Assembly: GCA_963841435.1 (NCBI GenBank)
Contig: CAWJCS010000003.1
Coordinates: 1,088,001-1,152,000 of the forward strand
DNA length: 64,000 nucleotides
Reading direction: 5' to 3'
Source: an uncultured delta proteobacterium
GTDB lineage: Bacteria > Myxococcota_A > Polyangia > Polyangiales > Polyangiaceae
Shown here: positions 9,212 through 18,727 of the stretch, one piece after another
How the letters are laid out: every line of letters starts with the position of its first letter
How positions within the stretch are numbered: position 1 is the stretch's first letter
Made by a program: the position numbers and the translations under genes
Notes under the pieces: generated by a model
What the model saw: the letters and a program-made list of their open reading frames with translations, nothing else
Database searches by the model: none
What the model was told of the DNA's origin: nothing

Positions 9212-11419
9212 CGCCGGCGGCGCCGCGACGACCGCAGGCGCGCGCACGGGGACGCCCAGATTGCGCGAAAGCATGTCCTGGAGCGCGACGAGCGTGTAGG
9301 GCTTGGGGAGCACGTCATCGAACGGTGTGCCCGTCATCACGAAGTCCGTCCCGCTCGACAGCACGACACGAAGGTCGGGCCGAATGGCGTGGATCGCGCG
9401 GGCAAAGTCGGCGCCCGTCATGCTGGGCATGGACATGTCGGTGACGACCATGCAAAACCGCGCCGGATCGCGCTCGAGCAGCGAAAGCGCTTCCGCGGGT
9501 GAGGTCAGCGGCAGCGCCCTGTGACCGAGGTGAATGAGGAGACGCACGAGCGTGAAGCCGATCATCGGCTCGTCGTCGACGACCAGAACTTCGCCGCTCG
9601 GCTGCGGGCGCGATGCCGACACCGGGGCCGGTCGCGGGTCCTCGGCCGTGCTCGGAACTGCCGCCGCGGGCGCCTCGCTCACCGCAGGCGCGGGGCTCGC
9701 GGCCGGGATCAGCACGCGGAAGGTCGTCCCTGCGCCAGTCGCGGAACGGACGCGGAGGGCTCCGCCGTGCTCGAGGACGATGCCATGCACGACGCTGAGC
9801 CCGAGGCCCGTCCCTTCGCCGCGCGGCTTGGTCGTGAAGAAGGGGTCGAACATGCGTGCCTGCGTGGGAGCGTCCATGCCGGCACCGTCGTCCTCGACGC
9901 AGAGCTCGATGTAGCTGCCGGGGGCGAGACCTTCGTCTTCGACGCCGTCCGCCACTCGACGCACGGTGAAGCGGATGCGACCGGGACGGTCGCCGATCGC
10001 CTGCGAGGCGTTGGTGCCAAGGTTCATGAGCACCTGGTGGATCTGCGCGACGCTGCCCGTAAAGCGCGGGCGCCCCTCCGAGACGAGCTCGAGGGCATGG
10101 CGCGCGGGTAGTGCCGCACGCAACAGCGCCACCACCTCCTCGACGAGCTCGACGGCGTCGACGGACTCGACGACCGCGGGATCCCGGCGTGAAAACGTCA
10201 GAATGCGCCGCACAACGTCGCGGGCCCGGGTCGCTCCGGCACGCAGCCCGTCCACCGATTCGCGCGCCTCGGGCGGCAGCGACCGTTGGCCGTGCAAGAG
10301 CTCGACGTGACCGAGCATCGCAGTGAGCAAATTGTTGAAGTCGTGAGCAATGCCGCCCGCGAGCGTGCCCAGGGACTCGAGACGCTGCGAATGGGAGAGG
10401 CGCTCCTCGAGCTCCCGGCTGCGAGCCTCGGCGGCCAGCAGCCGCTCGCTGACCTCGAGCATGACGCTCTGGCGCAGAGCAGCAGCAATCACGACGCCGA
10501 CCATGCACAGCGTGACCGCGAGCCGCACCTGAGGGAAGAGCTCGCTCGAGAGCAACATGGCGACCGCAGCCGTCACGACGAGCGCGAGCGGAACGAGCCG
10601 CGAGCCGATGCCGTAACCGCGACGCAAGGCGCCCACCACTTCGACCTCGCCCGGATCGAACGACGCGACACCCGCGCCGAGCAGCAGGGCGCCGTACGAA
10701 AACGCGTAGTTTAGGAGCGTCGCATCGTCGAGCTCGCCGTTCAGCGTCGCGAGGTTCCATTCCATCCACAAGAGGCCCTGGCCGAGGACGGCCGCGAACA
10801 GCAAGAAAAGCCCAGGTTTGGGGGGTACCATGAGCTCGAGCGCCACCACGGCGATGAGCGCCGTCACGGTCAAGAGCGCCGTCGGGTAGGCCACGAGCAC
10901 GGCGAGCGTCGGCGCGTCGAAGTCCCCACGGCGCGGGAGATAGGCAGCGAGCGTCAGCGCGAGCATCGCGAGCCCAAGACCGACGCCATCGAGGCCCACG
11001 GCAATGCGGCGCGAGCGCCGCTGGTCGCGCGTGAGGCAGACCACGCCGAGTCCCAAAAGGGGACCGACCGCAACGAAGGCGAGATCGGAGGGACCCGGAA
11101 ATGGATTCCACCCGATCGCGACCTGGACGTCCCAGAGCACCTGGCCGAAGAACAGAGCGAACAGCGCTCGCGTGAACCACGTGCGGGCTCGGCAGAGAGC
11201 ACCTCGCGCGCGCCGGCGCGAGAGCCAAGCGAGCGCGAATGCGGACGCGTACGACAGCGTCCAGTGGGCGTTGTCCCAGAAACGGACGGCGGTGGTGTCC
11301 TCTGCGACCCGCGTCGCCGCGACCGCGAACGTCGTCGCCGCGAACCCGAAAAGCAGCGTCACGCGCTCGGCGTGGGACCAGCTCGAAGCGGCATCACGGG
11401 GGAGAACGTGCGTAGACAC
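9203..11419 (-). CDS. Membrane-bound hybrid sensor histidine kinase / response regulator
   Basis: About 9-10 TM segments at the N-terminus; GGIAHDFNNLL H-box, NLGTNA, DDGAGM, FDPFFTTK, GTGLGL; receiver domain VVDDE...TDMSMP...KPY. Confidence 0.92.
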   Translation of the reverse strand: MSTHVLPRDAASSWSHAERVTLLFGFAATTFAVAATRVAEDTTAVRFWDNAHWTLSYASAFALAWLSRRRARGALCRARTWFTRALFALFFGQVLWDVQVAIGWNPFPGPSDLAFVAVGPLLGLGVVCLTRDQRRSRRIAVGLDGVGLGLAMLALTLAAYLPRRGDFDAPTLAVLVAYPTALLTVTALIAVVALELMVPPKPGLFLLFAAVLGQGLLWMEWNLATLNGELDDATLLNYAFSYGALLLGAGVASFDPGEVEVVGALRRGYGIGSRLVPLALVVTAAVAMLLSSELFPQVRLAVTLCMVGVVIAAALRQSVMLEVSERLLAAEARSRELEERLSHSQRLESLGTLAGGIAHDFNNLLTAMLGHVELLHGQRSLPPEARESVDGLRAGATRARDVVRRILTFSRRDPAVVESVDAVELVEEVVALLRAALPARHALELVSEGRPRFTGSVAQIHQVLMNLGTNASQAIGDRPGRIRFTVRRVADGVEDEGLAPGSYIELCVEDDGAGMDAPTQARMFDPFFTTKPRGEGTGLGLSVVHGIVLEHGGALRVRSATGAGTTFRVLIPAASPAPAVSEAPAAAVPSTAEDPRPAPVSASRPQPSGEVLVVDDEPMIGFTLVRLLIHLGHRALPLTSPAEALSLLERDPARFCMVVTDMSMPSMTGADFARAIHAIRPDLRVVLSSGTDFVMTGTPFDDVLPKPYTLVALQDMLSRNLGVPVRAPAVVAAPPASE

Positions 11420-11591
11420 GCCTTGTCATTCCCAACTCGAGCGCTTGGCGCTCCAACACTCAGGATACACCTTCCGCGACGCGCGCTCACGCGGATCCGA
11501 GTTCCGCGCGGCTGGAGGCGGTGTTTTCATCGGGCCTGGCGCGCGACGACACGCCTCGCGCCACGCGACCTTTCGCTGTCGTCGGTCGCCG

Positions 11592-11750
11592 TCACGCAAA
11601 ACCGCGGCGTTCGAGGCCGGCCAGGATGCGTTCGAAGCGGGGCTCGAGTCGATGCAGAAGGAGCACCTTGTCGCGAGCGGCGCGGCCAATCGTGCGGCGT
11701 TCGTCGTCCGAAGCCTGCAGGCGCTCCGCCTTGCTCACGAGATCGGCGCG
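11592..11750 (-). pseudogene. Remnant of a glycosyltransferase C-terminal helix region
   Basis: DLVSKAERLQASDDERRTIGRAARDKVLLLHRLEPRFERIL resembles the GT-B C-terminal signature (DERxxIxxxARxxVLxxH); no N-terminal part is present. Confidence 0.4.
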
Positions 11751-12044
11751 GCCGCCGAACCGGGCCCCACTGGTGCGCCAACCGTCATCGCCATGGACCG
11801 TCATCCCGAGCGGCGGGAGCGCTGCAACGCGGCCCGCCCTGAGCCCATGGGAGCGCGCCGTTGAGCCAATCGGCGACCTCGGAGGGCGAGGCGCCCCGGG
11901 GCCTGGCGATGGTGGTCGGCCACCGGGCGTCTCGATGCCGCGAGCCACCGCGCGCTCGGCGCGCTCGGCCCAACCGGCACCATATGTCCCCTCACCGCCT
12001 GCCAGCGACGGCAGAGGCCGACTCGATGGTAGATTGTCGCAAGC

Positions 12045-12653
12045 ATGGCCGAGCTCGAGCGACGGATCCGAGACCTGGTCGCTGGCTCCGACCTCGAGGA
12101 GCGCCTGAGCCTCGTCCCGCCCTCCGCAATGCTACGCGGGTTGTATTTTCGCAACACCGTCGCGGTGCTGCGAAACGCGGGAGCACTGGCAAGCTACGAG
12201 GCCCTCTATTCGGAGAGTCACTCGGCCGTGCGCTGGTACCCGCTCTCGGACTTCCTCGAACGCGCCGCGGTCGCAGCGGCGCTGCTCAAGGGCCCGGACG
12301 GGATCCACGAAGGGTTACGCGAGATCGGGCGCCGCAACGTGCTCGCTTTTTCCGAGAGCCTCATCGGTCGGACGCTGCTGCGCATCCTGCCGAACGATCC
12401 CGTCAGCCTGCTCAAACAGGCGTGCGCTGGGCGGCGGCAAAGCTGCCGCTATGGGCGCTGGGAGGTCACGTTTCCGGAGCCGGGCAAGGCGGTGATGGCG
12501 ATGTTCGAGGAGTATCTCTGGATCGAGTCGAACGTGCTCGGTGCGGCCGAGGGCACGTTCGCGGCGGTCGGTCGTGACGTGCACGTGACAGTGGAGCTGG
12601 ACTCGAAATTCAAGGGGCGCCACATCCTCACGTGGTCTGACGAGGGGCGATGA
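12045..12653 (+). CDS. DUF2378 (TIGR02265-like) myxobacterial protein
   Basis: LEERLSLVPPSAMLRGLYF, WYPLSDFL, LREIGRR..F.ESLIGRTL, YGRWEV and LGAAEG pattern, recalled for this family. Confidence 0.7.
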   Translation: MAELERRIRDLVAGSDLEERLSLVPPSAMLRGLYFRNTVAVLRNAGALASYEALYSESHSAVRWYPLSDFLERAAVAAALLKGPDGIHEGLREIGRRNVLAFSESLIGRTLLRILPNDPVSLLKQACAGRRQSCRYGRWEVTFPEPGKAVMAMFEEYLWIESNVLGAAEGTFAAVGRDVHVTVELDSKFKGRHILTWSDEGR

Positions 12654-12752
12654 CATCGCCAGCGGGCAACCCAATCGTGGTATGAGCGGCGACGAGCACG
12701 TCGGGGGTCACTTAACATTGCTGTCCGCCCGACCGTCGAGAGCCTGCGCCAC

Positions 12753-14645
12753 GTGCTTGATCGTAAAAAACTGGCTTTTGCCGTAGCAAGCGACGCGCCG
12801 CCGGCGCGCTCGAGCCCCCCGGACGAAACGCTCGGGGCTGGTGCGTCCCGCCGCGAATCAGGCATCGTCGAACGCGGGCGGGCCGACGCCGACGGGCTGA
12901 CCGTGCCAAAGGGCGCGGTCATCGACTCGACGCTCAGCCCCGAATCAGCGGCGGCGCGCATCGTCAACGCGCTCGTGGCGCGCGGTGTGGAGACGTACTT
13001 CGGGATCCCGGGCGGGCCCATCTGTCCGCTCGTCGAGGCGCTACGGTTGCACCCCGCTGCGCGCTTCATCGAGTCGCGCCACGAAAGTCACGCGGCATTC
13101 GCGGCAGCAGCGTACTTTCGGGCGAGCGGACGCGTCGCGGGGGTCGTCGTCACGGCGGGACCGGGGGTCACGAACGCCGTCACGGGCGTCGCGTCCGCGT
13201 TCCTCGAACGCATCCCGTTGCTGGTCCTCGCGGGCGACGTGGCCTGGGCCACCCACGGCGGGCGGCTCGCGCAGGATTCGGGACCGGAAGGCATCGACAT
13301 CGAGCAGCTACTCGGCTCGGTAACGCGCGCCCGTGTGCGGGTTACGAACGGCCGCAGCGCCGTGAGTCAGGTCCTCTGTGCCCTGGATGCGGCGACGAGC
13401 CCGCTGTCCCCCGGTCCGGCCCTGCTCGTCCTCCCCATCGATCGCGCCACGGAAATGGCGCCCGTCTGTCGGATCATCCCTTCGACCCCGCCCCTCGCCG
13501 GCGTCCCGGATCTCGAACCGGTGATGGCGACCGCGCGGCTGCTCGCGGAAGCGGAGCGCCCCCTCTTGGTTCTCGGTGGCGCCTGCCTCTCGCACGCGGG
13601 CTGGGTTCGCCAGCTCGTCGACATGCTCAACGTCCCCTTCGTCACGACGCCGCGGGCCAAGGGTGTCGTGAGCGAAGAACACCCCCGCTCTCTGCGCAAC
13701 GGCGGCATGGCCGCGTCGCTCTGGGCCCGGCGCTACACCGCGAAGCCCGTCGACGCGGCGCTCGTGCTCGGTAGCGACCTCGACGATACCTCCGTCGGCG
13801 CGACGCCCTACGTGGGCGCGGGCGGGCGCCTCATTCACGTCGACCTCGACCCGCGGGTCTTCAACCGAAACTTGCCGACGACGCTCGGCATCACGGCAGA
13901 CCTCGCGACGTTCGCGCGGGAGCTCTACCAGGTGGTATCGGGGCTCGGCTCGAAGAACCCGCGCACGAGCTCACTGATGCGAGAGGCGCGCGCGGTGTCA
14001 CCCTATGACGAAGCAGAGTTCGAGACCGACGGCGGCAGTCTGATCCCGCCGCATCGTGCCATCGCCGACCTCGCCCGAGCCGTCGAGGACGACGCGCGTT
14101 TCGTCACCGACATCGGCGAGCACATGCTGTTCGCTCTGCACTACCTCACGGCGCGCGGTCCGCTCGATTTCAACATCCAGCTCAATCTCGGCAGCATGGG
14201 CAGCGGCATCGCGGGCGCGCTGGGCCTCGCGCTCGCCGATCCCACGCGCCAGGTCGTGTGCATCGCGGGTGACGGCGGCATGCAGATGTCGGGCATGGAG
14301 ATCCTCACCTGCAAAAAGCTCCGGCTGCCGGTGCTCTACGCCGTGTTCAACGACTCCCGCTACAACATGGTGCACCACGGCATGCGGCAGATCTTCGGGC
14401 AGACGGGCGACCACGGCATGCCCCAGGTCGATTTCGCGGCGTGGGCGGCGTCCATGGGCGTCCCCGCTCGGACCATCCACGCCGCCGGGGAGATCGATCG
14501 CGAGCTCTTGGCCGAGCTCTCGCGTCACGGAGGCCCGGTCCTGCTCGACATCCGCATCGACCCCGAGGTGCGCCTGCGAGCCGGCGGTCGCGTCGAGGCC
14601 CTGCAGCACATGTCCATGCTGTCGAAAGCCGCGGGGAGCGCGTGA
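12753..14645 (+). CDS. Thiamine-diphosphate-dependent enzyme (acetolactate synthase / acyloin synthase-like); start codon uncertain
   Basis: FGIPGG, ESRHE (catalytic Glu), TAGPGVTN, GSMG, and the ThDP motif GDGGMQM...FNDSRY. Confidence 0.9.
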   Translation: MLDRKKLAFAVASDAPPARSSPPDETLGAGASRRESGIVERGRADADGLTVPKGAVIDSTLSPESAAARIVNALVARGVETYFGIPGGPICPLVEALRLHPAARFIESRHESHAAFAAAAYFRASGRVAGVVVTAGPGVTNAVTGVASAFLERIPLLVLAGDVAWATHGGRLAQDSGPEGIDIEQLLGSVTRARVRVTNGRSAVSQVLCALDAATSPLSPGPALLVLPIDRATEMAPVCRIIPSTPPLAGVPDLEPVMATARLLAEAERPLLVLGGACLSHAGWVRQLVDMLNVPFVTTPRAKGVVSEEHPRSLRNGGMAASLWARRYTAKPVDAALVLGSDLDDTSVGATPYVGAGGRLIHVDLDPRVFNRNLPTTLGITADLATFARELYQVVSGLGSKNPRTSSLMREARAVSPYDEAEFETDGGSLIPPHRAIADLARAVEDDARFVTDIGEHMLFALHYLTARGPLDFNIQLNLGSMGSGIAGALGLALADPTRQVVCIAGDGGMQMSGMEILTCKKLRLPVLYAVFNDSRYNMVHHGMRQIFGQTGDHGMPQVDFAAWAASMGVPARTIHAAGEIDRELLAELSRHGGPVLLDIRIDPEVRLRAGGRVEALQHMSMLSKAAGSA

Positions 14646-15724
14646 TGAACGCCGCCATCGCGGGGATCGGCGCCTGGTACCCGGAGCGGGTGCGCACGAA
14701 CGACGAGTGGCCCGCCGACTTCGCCGCGGCCTCCCGCAGCGCCGGAGACCGGCTTTTCAACGACATTCCGCGGTCGCCCGACGACGCGCTCCGGGTCACG
14801 GACCGCTACCTCGCGGCGGAAGCGCATGATCCCTTCCTCGGCGCGAAGGAGCGTCGCGTCGCCGACGACGCGACGAGCTCGGTCGATGCCGAGGTGCTCG
14901 CCGCGCGACGCGCGCTCGACGATGCCGGCGTTTCCGTCCGGGAGATCGACGTGGTCATCTCGTACTCGGTCGTTCCCGATCGCGTGACGCCGGCGTCGGC
15001 GTGCGCCGTCGCGAACCGCCTGGGAGTGCCGGGCGCGCTCGCATTCTCGATGGATGCTGCCTGCGCGACGGCGCTCGTCCAGATCCAGAACGCCAAAGCG
15101 CTCGTCGAGTCCGGCCAGGCGAAAGCGGTCCTGCTCACGCAATCGCACCTCTTGCTCCGCACCTTTCCCATGCTGCACCCGGCGGCTCCGGGGCTCGGCG
15201 ACGCTGCAACGGCGCTCGTCGTGAAGCGCGACGGTCGCTTCCCCATCCTCGGCGTTCTGGGTCGAACTCATGGCGAGTACTACCCGGCCGTGACCTGGGT
15301 GCGCGGCTCTACGCCCGAGGAGGACACGCCCTGGTGGCTCGCCGGGGGGCCGCTACGCGTAGGCAGCCGCGATCGAGAGCAAGCCAAGGTGCTGCAGAGA
15401 GACACCGTAGCCTACGGGGTCGAGACGCTGCGGGAGGTCGCCCGGGAGGCCCGCGTCGACCTCGAGAGGATCGACGTGCTCGCGAGCGTCCAGCCCCGGG
15501 GCTGGGTCCCCGTGGCCATGGCCGAGGTGCTGGGGCTCGACCCGGGGGTCGTCCCGAGCGTTTACGAGACCCGCGGCCACCTCGGTGCGTGCGGCCCGAT
15601 CGCGAACTTGGAGCTCTGGTACCGAACCCGGCGGACCGCGGGGTCTCGCGTCGGGGCCCTGTATGCTCAGGGCGCCGGTTTCACGCGGGCCGCCGTTCTT
15701 CTCGACCTCGCCTCAAGCGAGTGA
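14645..15724 (+). CDS. 3-oxoacyl-ACP synthase III-like (FabH-fold) protein with a non-canonical active site
   Basis: AAIAGIGAWYPERVRTNDEW, DAACA (Cys), GDAATA. The HQAN position reads VQPR and the GNT position reads GHL. TGATG coupling to the ThDP gene. Confidence 0.85.
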   Translation: MNAAIAGIGAWYPERVRTNDEWPADFAAASRSAGDRLFNDIPRSPDDALRVTDRYLAAEAHDPFLGAKERRVADDATSSVDAEVLAARRALDDAGVSVREIDVVISYSVVPDRVTPASACAVANRLGVPGALAFSMDAACATALVQIQNAKALVESGQAKAVLLTQSHLLLRTFPMLHPAAPGLGDAATALVVKRDGRFPILGVLGRTHGEYYPAVTWVRGSTPEEDTPWWLAGGPLRVGSRDREQAKVLQRDTVAYGVETLREVAREARVDLERIDVLASVQPRGWVPVAMAEVLGLDPGVVPSVYETRGHLGACGPIANLELWYRTRRTAGSRVGALYAQGAGFTRAAVLLDLASSE

Positions 15725-15797
15725 CGACGAAACGGGGCCAGGGCGCTAACCTGGGCGCCCCGCGCTCCTTCCGAGCCGCGCGAGCATTCGTCGAGCC

Positions 15798-17354
15798 ATG
15801 GTCGCCCCGATCGACACCTTCGTGTACTTCACGACCGAGGAGGCCTTCCAAAGGCTCGGCGCGCCGTTCACGTTGCGTAGCGAGCTCGGCGGCGGACGCG
15901 TGGAGACGCGCTTGCTCGAGCGCGAGGTACCGGCCGGCGTAGCGCTGGCGCGGTCCACCGTCGGGTCCTCGCCACTCGGTGTCGTGGCGACGTCGGAACC
16001 GCAGGCTCTCGAGGCGATCGGGGCGGGCGCCGACGAGGCCGTCGTGCTGGCGGAGCCGCATCCCGCGGCCATCACGGCGTTCGTCGATCGCGTGCGCGTG
16101 CGTGCGTGGAACCGTCGGGAACGCGAGCAGCGAACGCAGGACTTGAGCCAGGCCGAACGCCTCGCGACGCTCGGAACGCTCGTCGCCGGAGTCGGGCACG
16201 AGCTCAACAATTCCCTCGCGATGATTGCGCTCGGCTTCGACCTCTTGCGCGACGCCCTCTTGCCCGACCTCAACGTGATCTGGACGGCACGCGGGCGCAT
16301 TCTCGGCTCGGGCGAGCTGACGCCAGACGCCGCGAAGGAGCTCGCCGGCGCGCTGCGCGGCGACGGCGTCGCCGTCACCCAGATCCTGGACGATCTCAGC
16401 GTCTCGACCAAAGCCGTGACGCAGGTCGTGCGCGATCTCCGGACGTTCGGCGGAGGCAACGTCGTCGAGGGGCCGTCCCTCTTCCAGCCTCGCGAGGTGA
16501 TTCAGCAGGCCTTGCGCCTGGTGCGCCGCGAGCTGCCCCCGAAGACCGTGCTCGAAGAGGACTACGACGACGACCTTCCCACGCTCTACCTGCCGCGAAA
16601 CCGACTGGCACAGGTGCTCACGAACCTGCTCGTGAACGCCGGGCAGGCGCTGCGCGAGGTCACCCGCGAGATCCATCGCGTGCGCGTCGGAGCGCGCCGG
16701 GACGAGCAATCGCTCGCCATCTCCGTCACGGACACGGGCCCGGGCATCGACGACGAAGCCCTGGAACGCATATTCGATCCCTTCTTCACGACCAAGCGCG
16801 AGGGCCAGGGTCTCGGGCTTTCGATCTCTCGCTCGATCATCCAGCAGATGGGCGGCGACCTCGTCGCGTCGTTGACGTTGGGCGAAGGAGCGAGCTTCGT
16901 GTGCTTCCTGCCACTGCCGAACGATGCCGATCTGCAGAAGGCAAAGCATTCGCTTCGGGGCACGTGGCTTGGGGGCCCGAGCGAAGCACGTCGGTCGGTG
17001 CTCATCATCGACGACGACGAGCGTGTGCTACGGGCCACGGCGCGTGCCCTGAGCGAGCAGTGCAAGGTGCTCGTGGCTCGCGACGGCGAAGAGGCACGCC
17101 AACTCTTGAAATCCGGCTCCCACGTTAACGCGATCGTGATGGAGCTCGTCTTGCCGGAGCTCGACGCCATCGCCTTTTGCGACTGGCTCGTCACGTTCGA
17201 CGCCGACCTCGCCCGCCGCGTCGTGATCGCCACCGCCGCCCACGAGCGCCCCCAGCACCGCGCCTTCCTGGAGGAGCGGGCAGCGCTCGTGCTGCACAAG
17301 CCCTTCCACCGCGAGGACTTGCTGGCCGCCGTCGCGCGCGTCACCGGCGGCTGA
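15798..17354 (+). CDS. Cytoplasmic hybrid histidine kinase with a degenerate N-terminal receiver and a C-terminal pseudo-receiver
   Basis: GVGHELNN, NLLVNA, DTGPGI, FDPFFTTK, GLGLS. C-terminal IIDDD...VMELVLP (Asp to Glu)...KPF. N-terminal ALEAIGAGADE. No TM segment. Confidence 0.85.
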   Translation: MVAPIDTFVYFTTEEAFQRLGAPFTLRSELGGGRVETRLLEREVPAGVALARSTVGSSPLGVVATSEPQALEAIGAGADEAVVLAEPHPAAITAFVDRVRVRAWNRREREQRTQDLSQAERLATLGTLVAGVGHELNNSLAMIALGFDLLRDALLPDLNVIWTARGRILGSGELTPDAAKELAGALRGDGVAVTQILDDLSVSTKAVTQVVRDLRTFGGGNVVEGPSLFQPREVIQQALRLVRRELPPKTVLEEDYDDDLPTLYLPRNRLAQVLTNLLVNAGQALREVTREIHRVRVGARRDEQSLAISVTDTGPGIDDEALERIFDPFFTTKREGQGLGLSISRSIIQQMGGDLVASLTLGEGASFVCFLPLPNDADLQKAKHSLRGTWLGGPSEARRSVLIIDDDERVLRATARALSEQCKVLVARDGEEARQLLKSGSHVNAIVMELVLPELDAIAFCDWLVTFDADLARRVVIATAAHERPQHRAFLEERAALVLHKPFHREDLLAAVARVTGG

Positions 17355-17397
17355 CGACGCCGACGATGCCGCGTGCGGCACCCGCGTCCACCCGAAC

Positions 17398-18082
17398 CTA
17401 CTTCGCGCTCGGTGCGCACGCTTGGCGGGCGCGACCCTCTTGCAACGAGCCCGGCGACAGCCGAGAAAGCTCGCTCTGGGCCTCGGCGGTGCGACCCATG
17501 CCGCAGAGCGCATGGATCTTCGCGGCGACGCGCTCTTGCACGAGAGTCCCATGGGGAAACTCTCGCTCGTGCTCGGCGAGCAGGCGAAGCGCTCCCGCGA
17601 AGCGACCGGCGTGGAGCTCCGTCTCCGCACGCGACAGGATCGCGACTTCCTCGGCAAGCCGATTCGGACGGGCGGCGCGGAGCGACGGTGCGCTCGGGCT
17701 CGGGAGCGGCAGGAGACGGAGCGTGCTCCGGGAGCGCCTGCGCGGCCGGAGCCGGCGGCTCCTCGACGACCGGCGCGACCGGTGGGGGCGCCGTCGCGAC
17801 GCTCGGCTGCGCGGCCGCGGGCACGGGCCGCGTCGGCCGTTCGCGCGTTCGCTCGAACAGCACGGCACCGCCCACGGCGAGGCCGACGACGATCAGCGAA
17901 ATCGTGGACCACCCGACGCCGGCGCTCGGCGCGGCCGGGGCCGGTGCCCCCGTGGGGAGGTCGCCGGCGGCGATGCGCCCGCTGAGCTCACGGAACACGC
18001 GCTCGCGATCCGCGACCGTCGGACGCAGTCCCTTTCGACCCGCTCTGACGAGCGCTGCTGCCTCGGGACCGAGCTCGTTCAC
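17398..18082 (-). CDS. Putative anti-sigma factor (N-terminal helix, one TM, Pro-rich linker, TPR-like C-terminus) with an apparent +1 frameshift at about 17663
   Basis: N-terminal half lies in ORF 16586..18082 and the C-terminal half (RLAEEVAILSRAE...ALRLLAEHEREFPHGTLVQER..ALC) in ORF 17398..17868. Removing one base from GATTC at 17661-17665 gives PSDRLAEE. Coupled to the ECF sigma gene. Confidence 0.65.
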
Positions 18083-18687
18083 GGGCGACCTCCGGCGTCA
18101 CGGCTGGCGCTGCGCGCGAGCTCCTCCCCGAAGGCGATCCTTGCGGCCCGCAGTCGCGAGTAAGCGGTATTGAGCGGGATCTCGAGCGCCTCCGCAATCT
18201 CGGGAACGGTCATCTCCTCCAGCTCGGCCAGCATGAAGACCTCCCGCTTCGGAAAGTCGATCTTCTCGAGCAGGGCGAACAGCACCTTGATCTCGTCGCT
18301 TTGCTCCGTGAGATCGTGTGGGGTCGGCGGCGCACGGTGTCGCACCCCTGCTTCGACCGCCAAGGCCTCACCGCCGGCGTGCCTGCTGCGCTGCGACCGA
18401 TGGTGATCGCTCACGGTGCGCCGGACGACGCCGTAGATCCAGCTTCGGAGCGAGCTCGGTTGCCTGAGCGTTTCGACCTTCGCGTGGATCACCAAGAATA
18501 TCTCCTGAACGACATCATCCATCGACGACGCGCTCACACCGAGGCGCCGTGCCGAGGCCCAAACGAAATCGAAGTGCTGTTGGTAGATGGCTTCGAACGT
18601 TGGGACTTCTTCGATTGCCACGACCCGGGCGTGCTCCACCTGGTTCGGCGGCCCCATGGCACGAGCCGCAGCGCTCCGTCCTAACAT
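18079..18687 (-). CDS. ECF RNA polymerase sigma factor
   Basis: FEAIYQQHFDFVW, DDVVQEIFL, SLRSWIYGV, REVFMLAELEEMTVPEIAEALEIPLNTAYSRLR. Confidence 0.92.
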   Translation of the reverse strand: MLGRSAAARAMGPPNQVEHARVVAIEEVPTFEAIYQQHFDFVWASARRLGVSASSMDDVVQEIFLVIHAKVETLRQPSSLRSWIYGVVRRTVSDHHRSQRSRHAGGEALAVEAGVRHRAPPTPHDLTEQSDEIKVLFALLEKIDFPKREVFMLAELEEMTVPEIAEALEIPLNTAYSRLRAARIAFGEELARSASRDAGGRP

Positions 18688-18727
18688 CGTCGGTCCCAAA
18701 GGCAGTGGCGCCACGCGCGGGTGTCCG

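Noticed and set aside
12753-14645. Housekeeping acetolactate synthase ilvB
   Set aside because: No regulatory subunit or ilvC is adjacent and the gene is coupled to a KAS III homologue, so the gene symbol was withheld.
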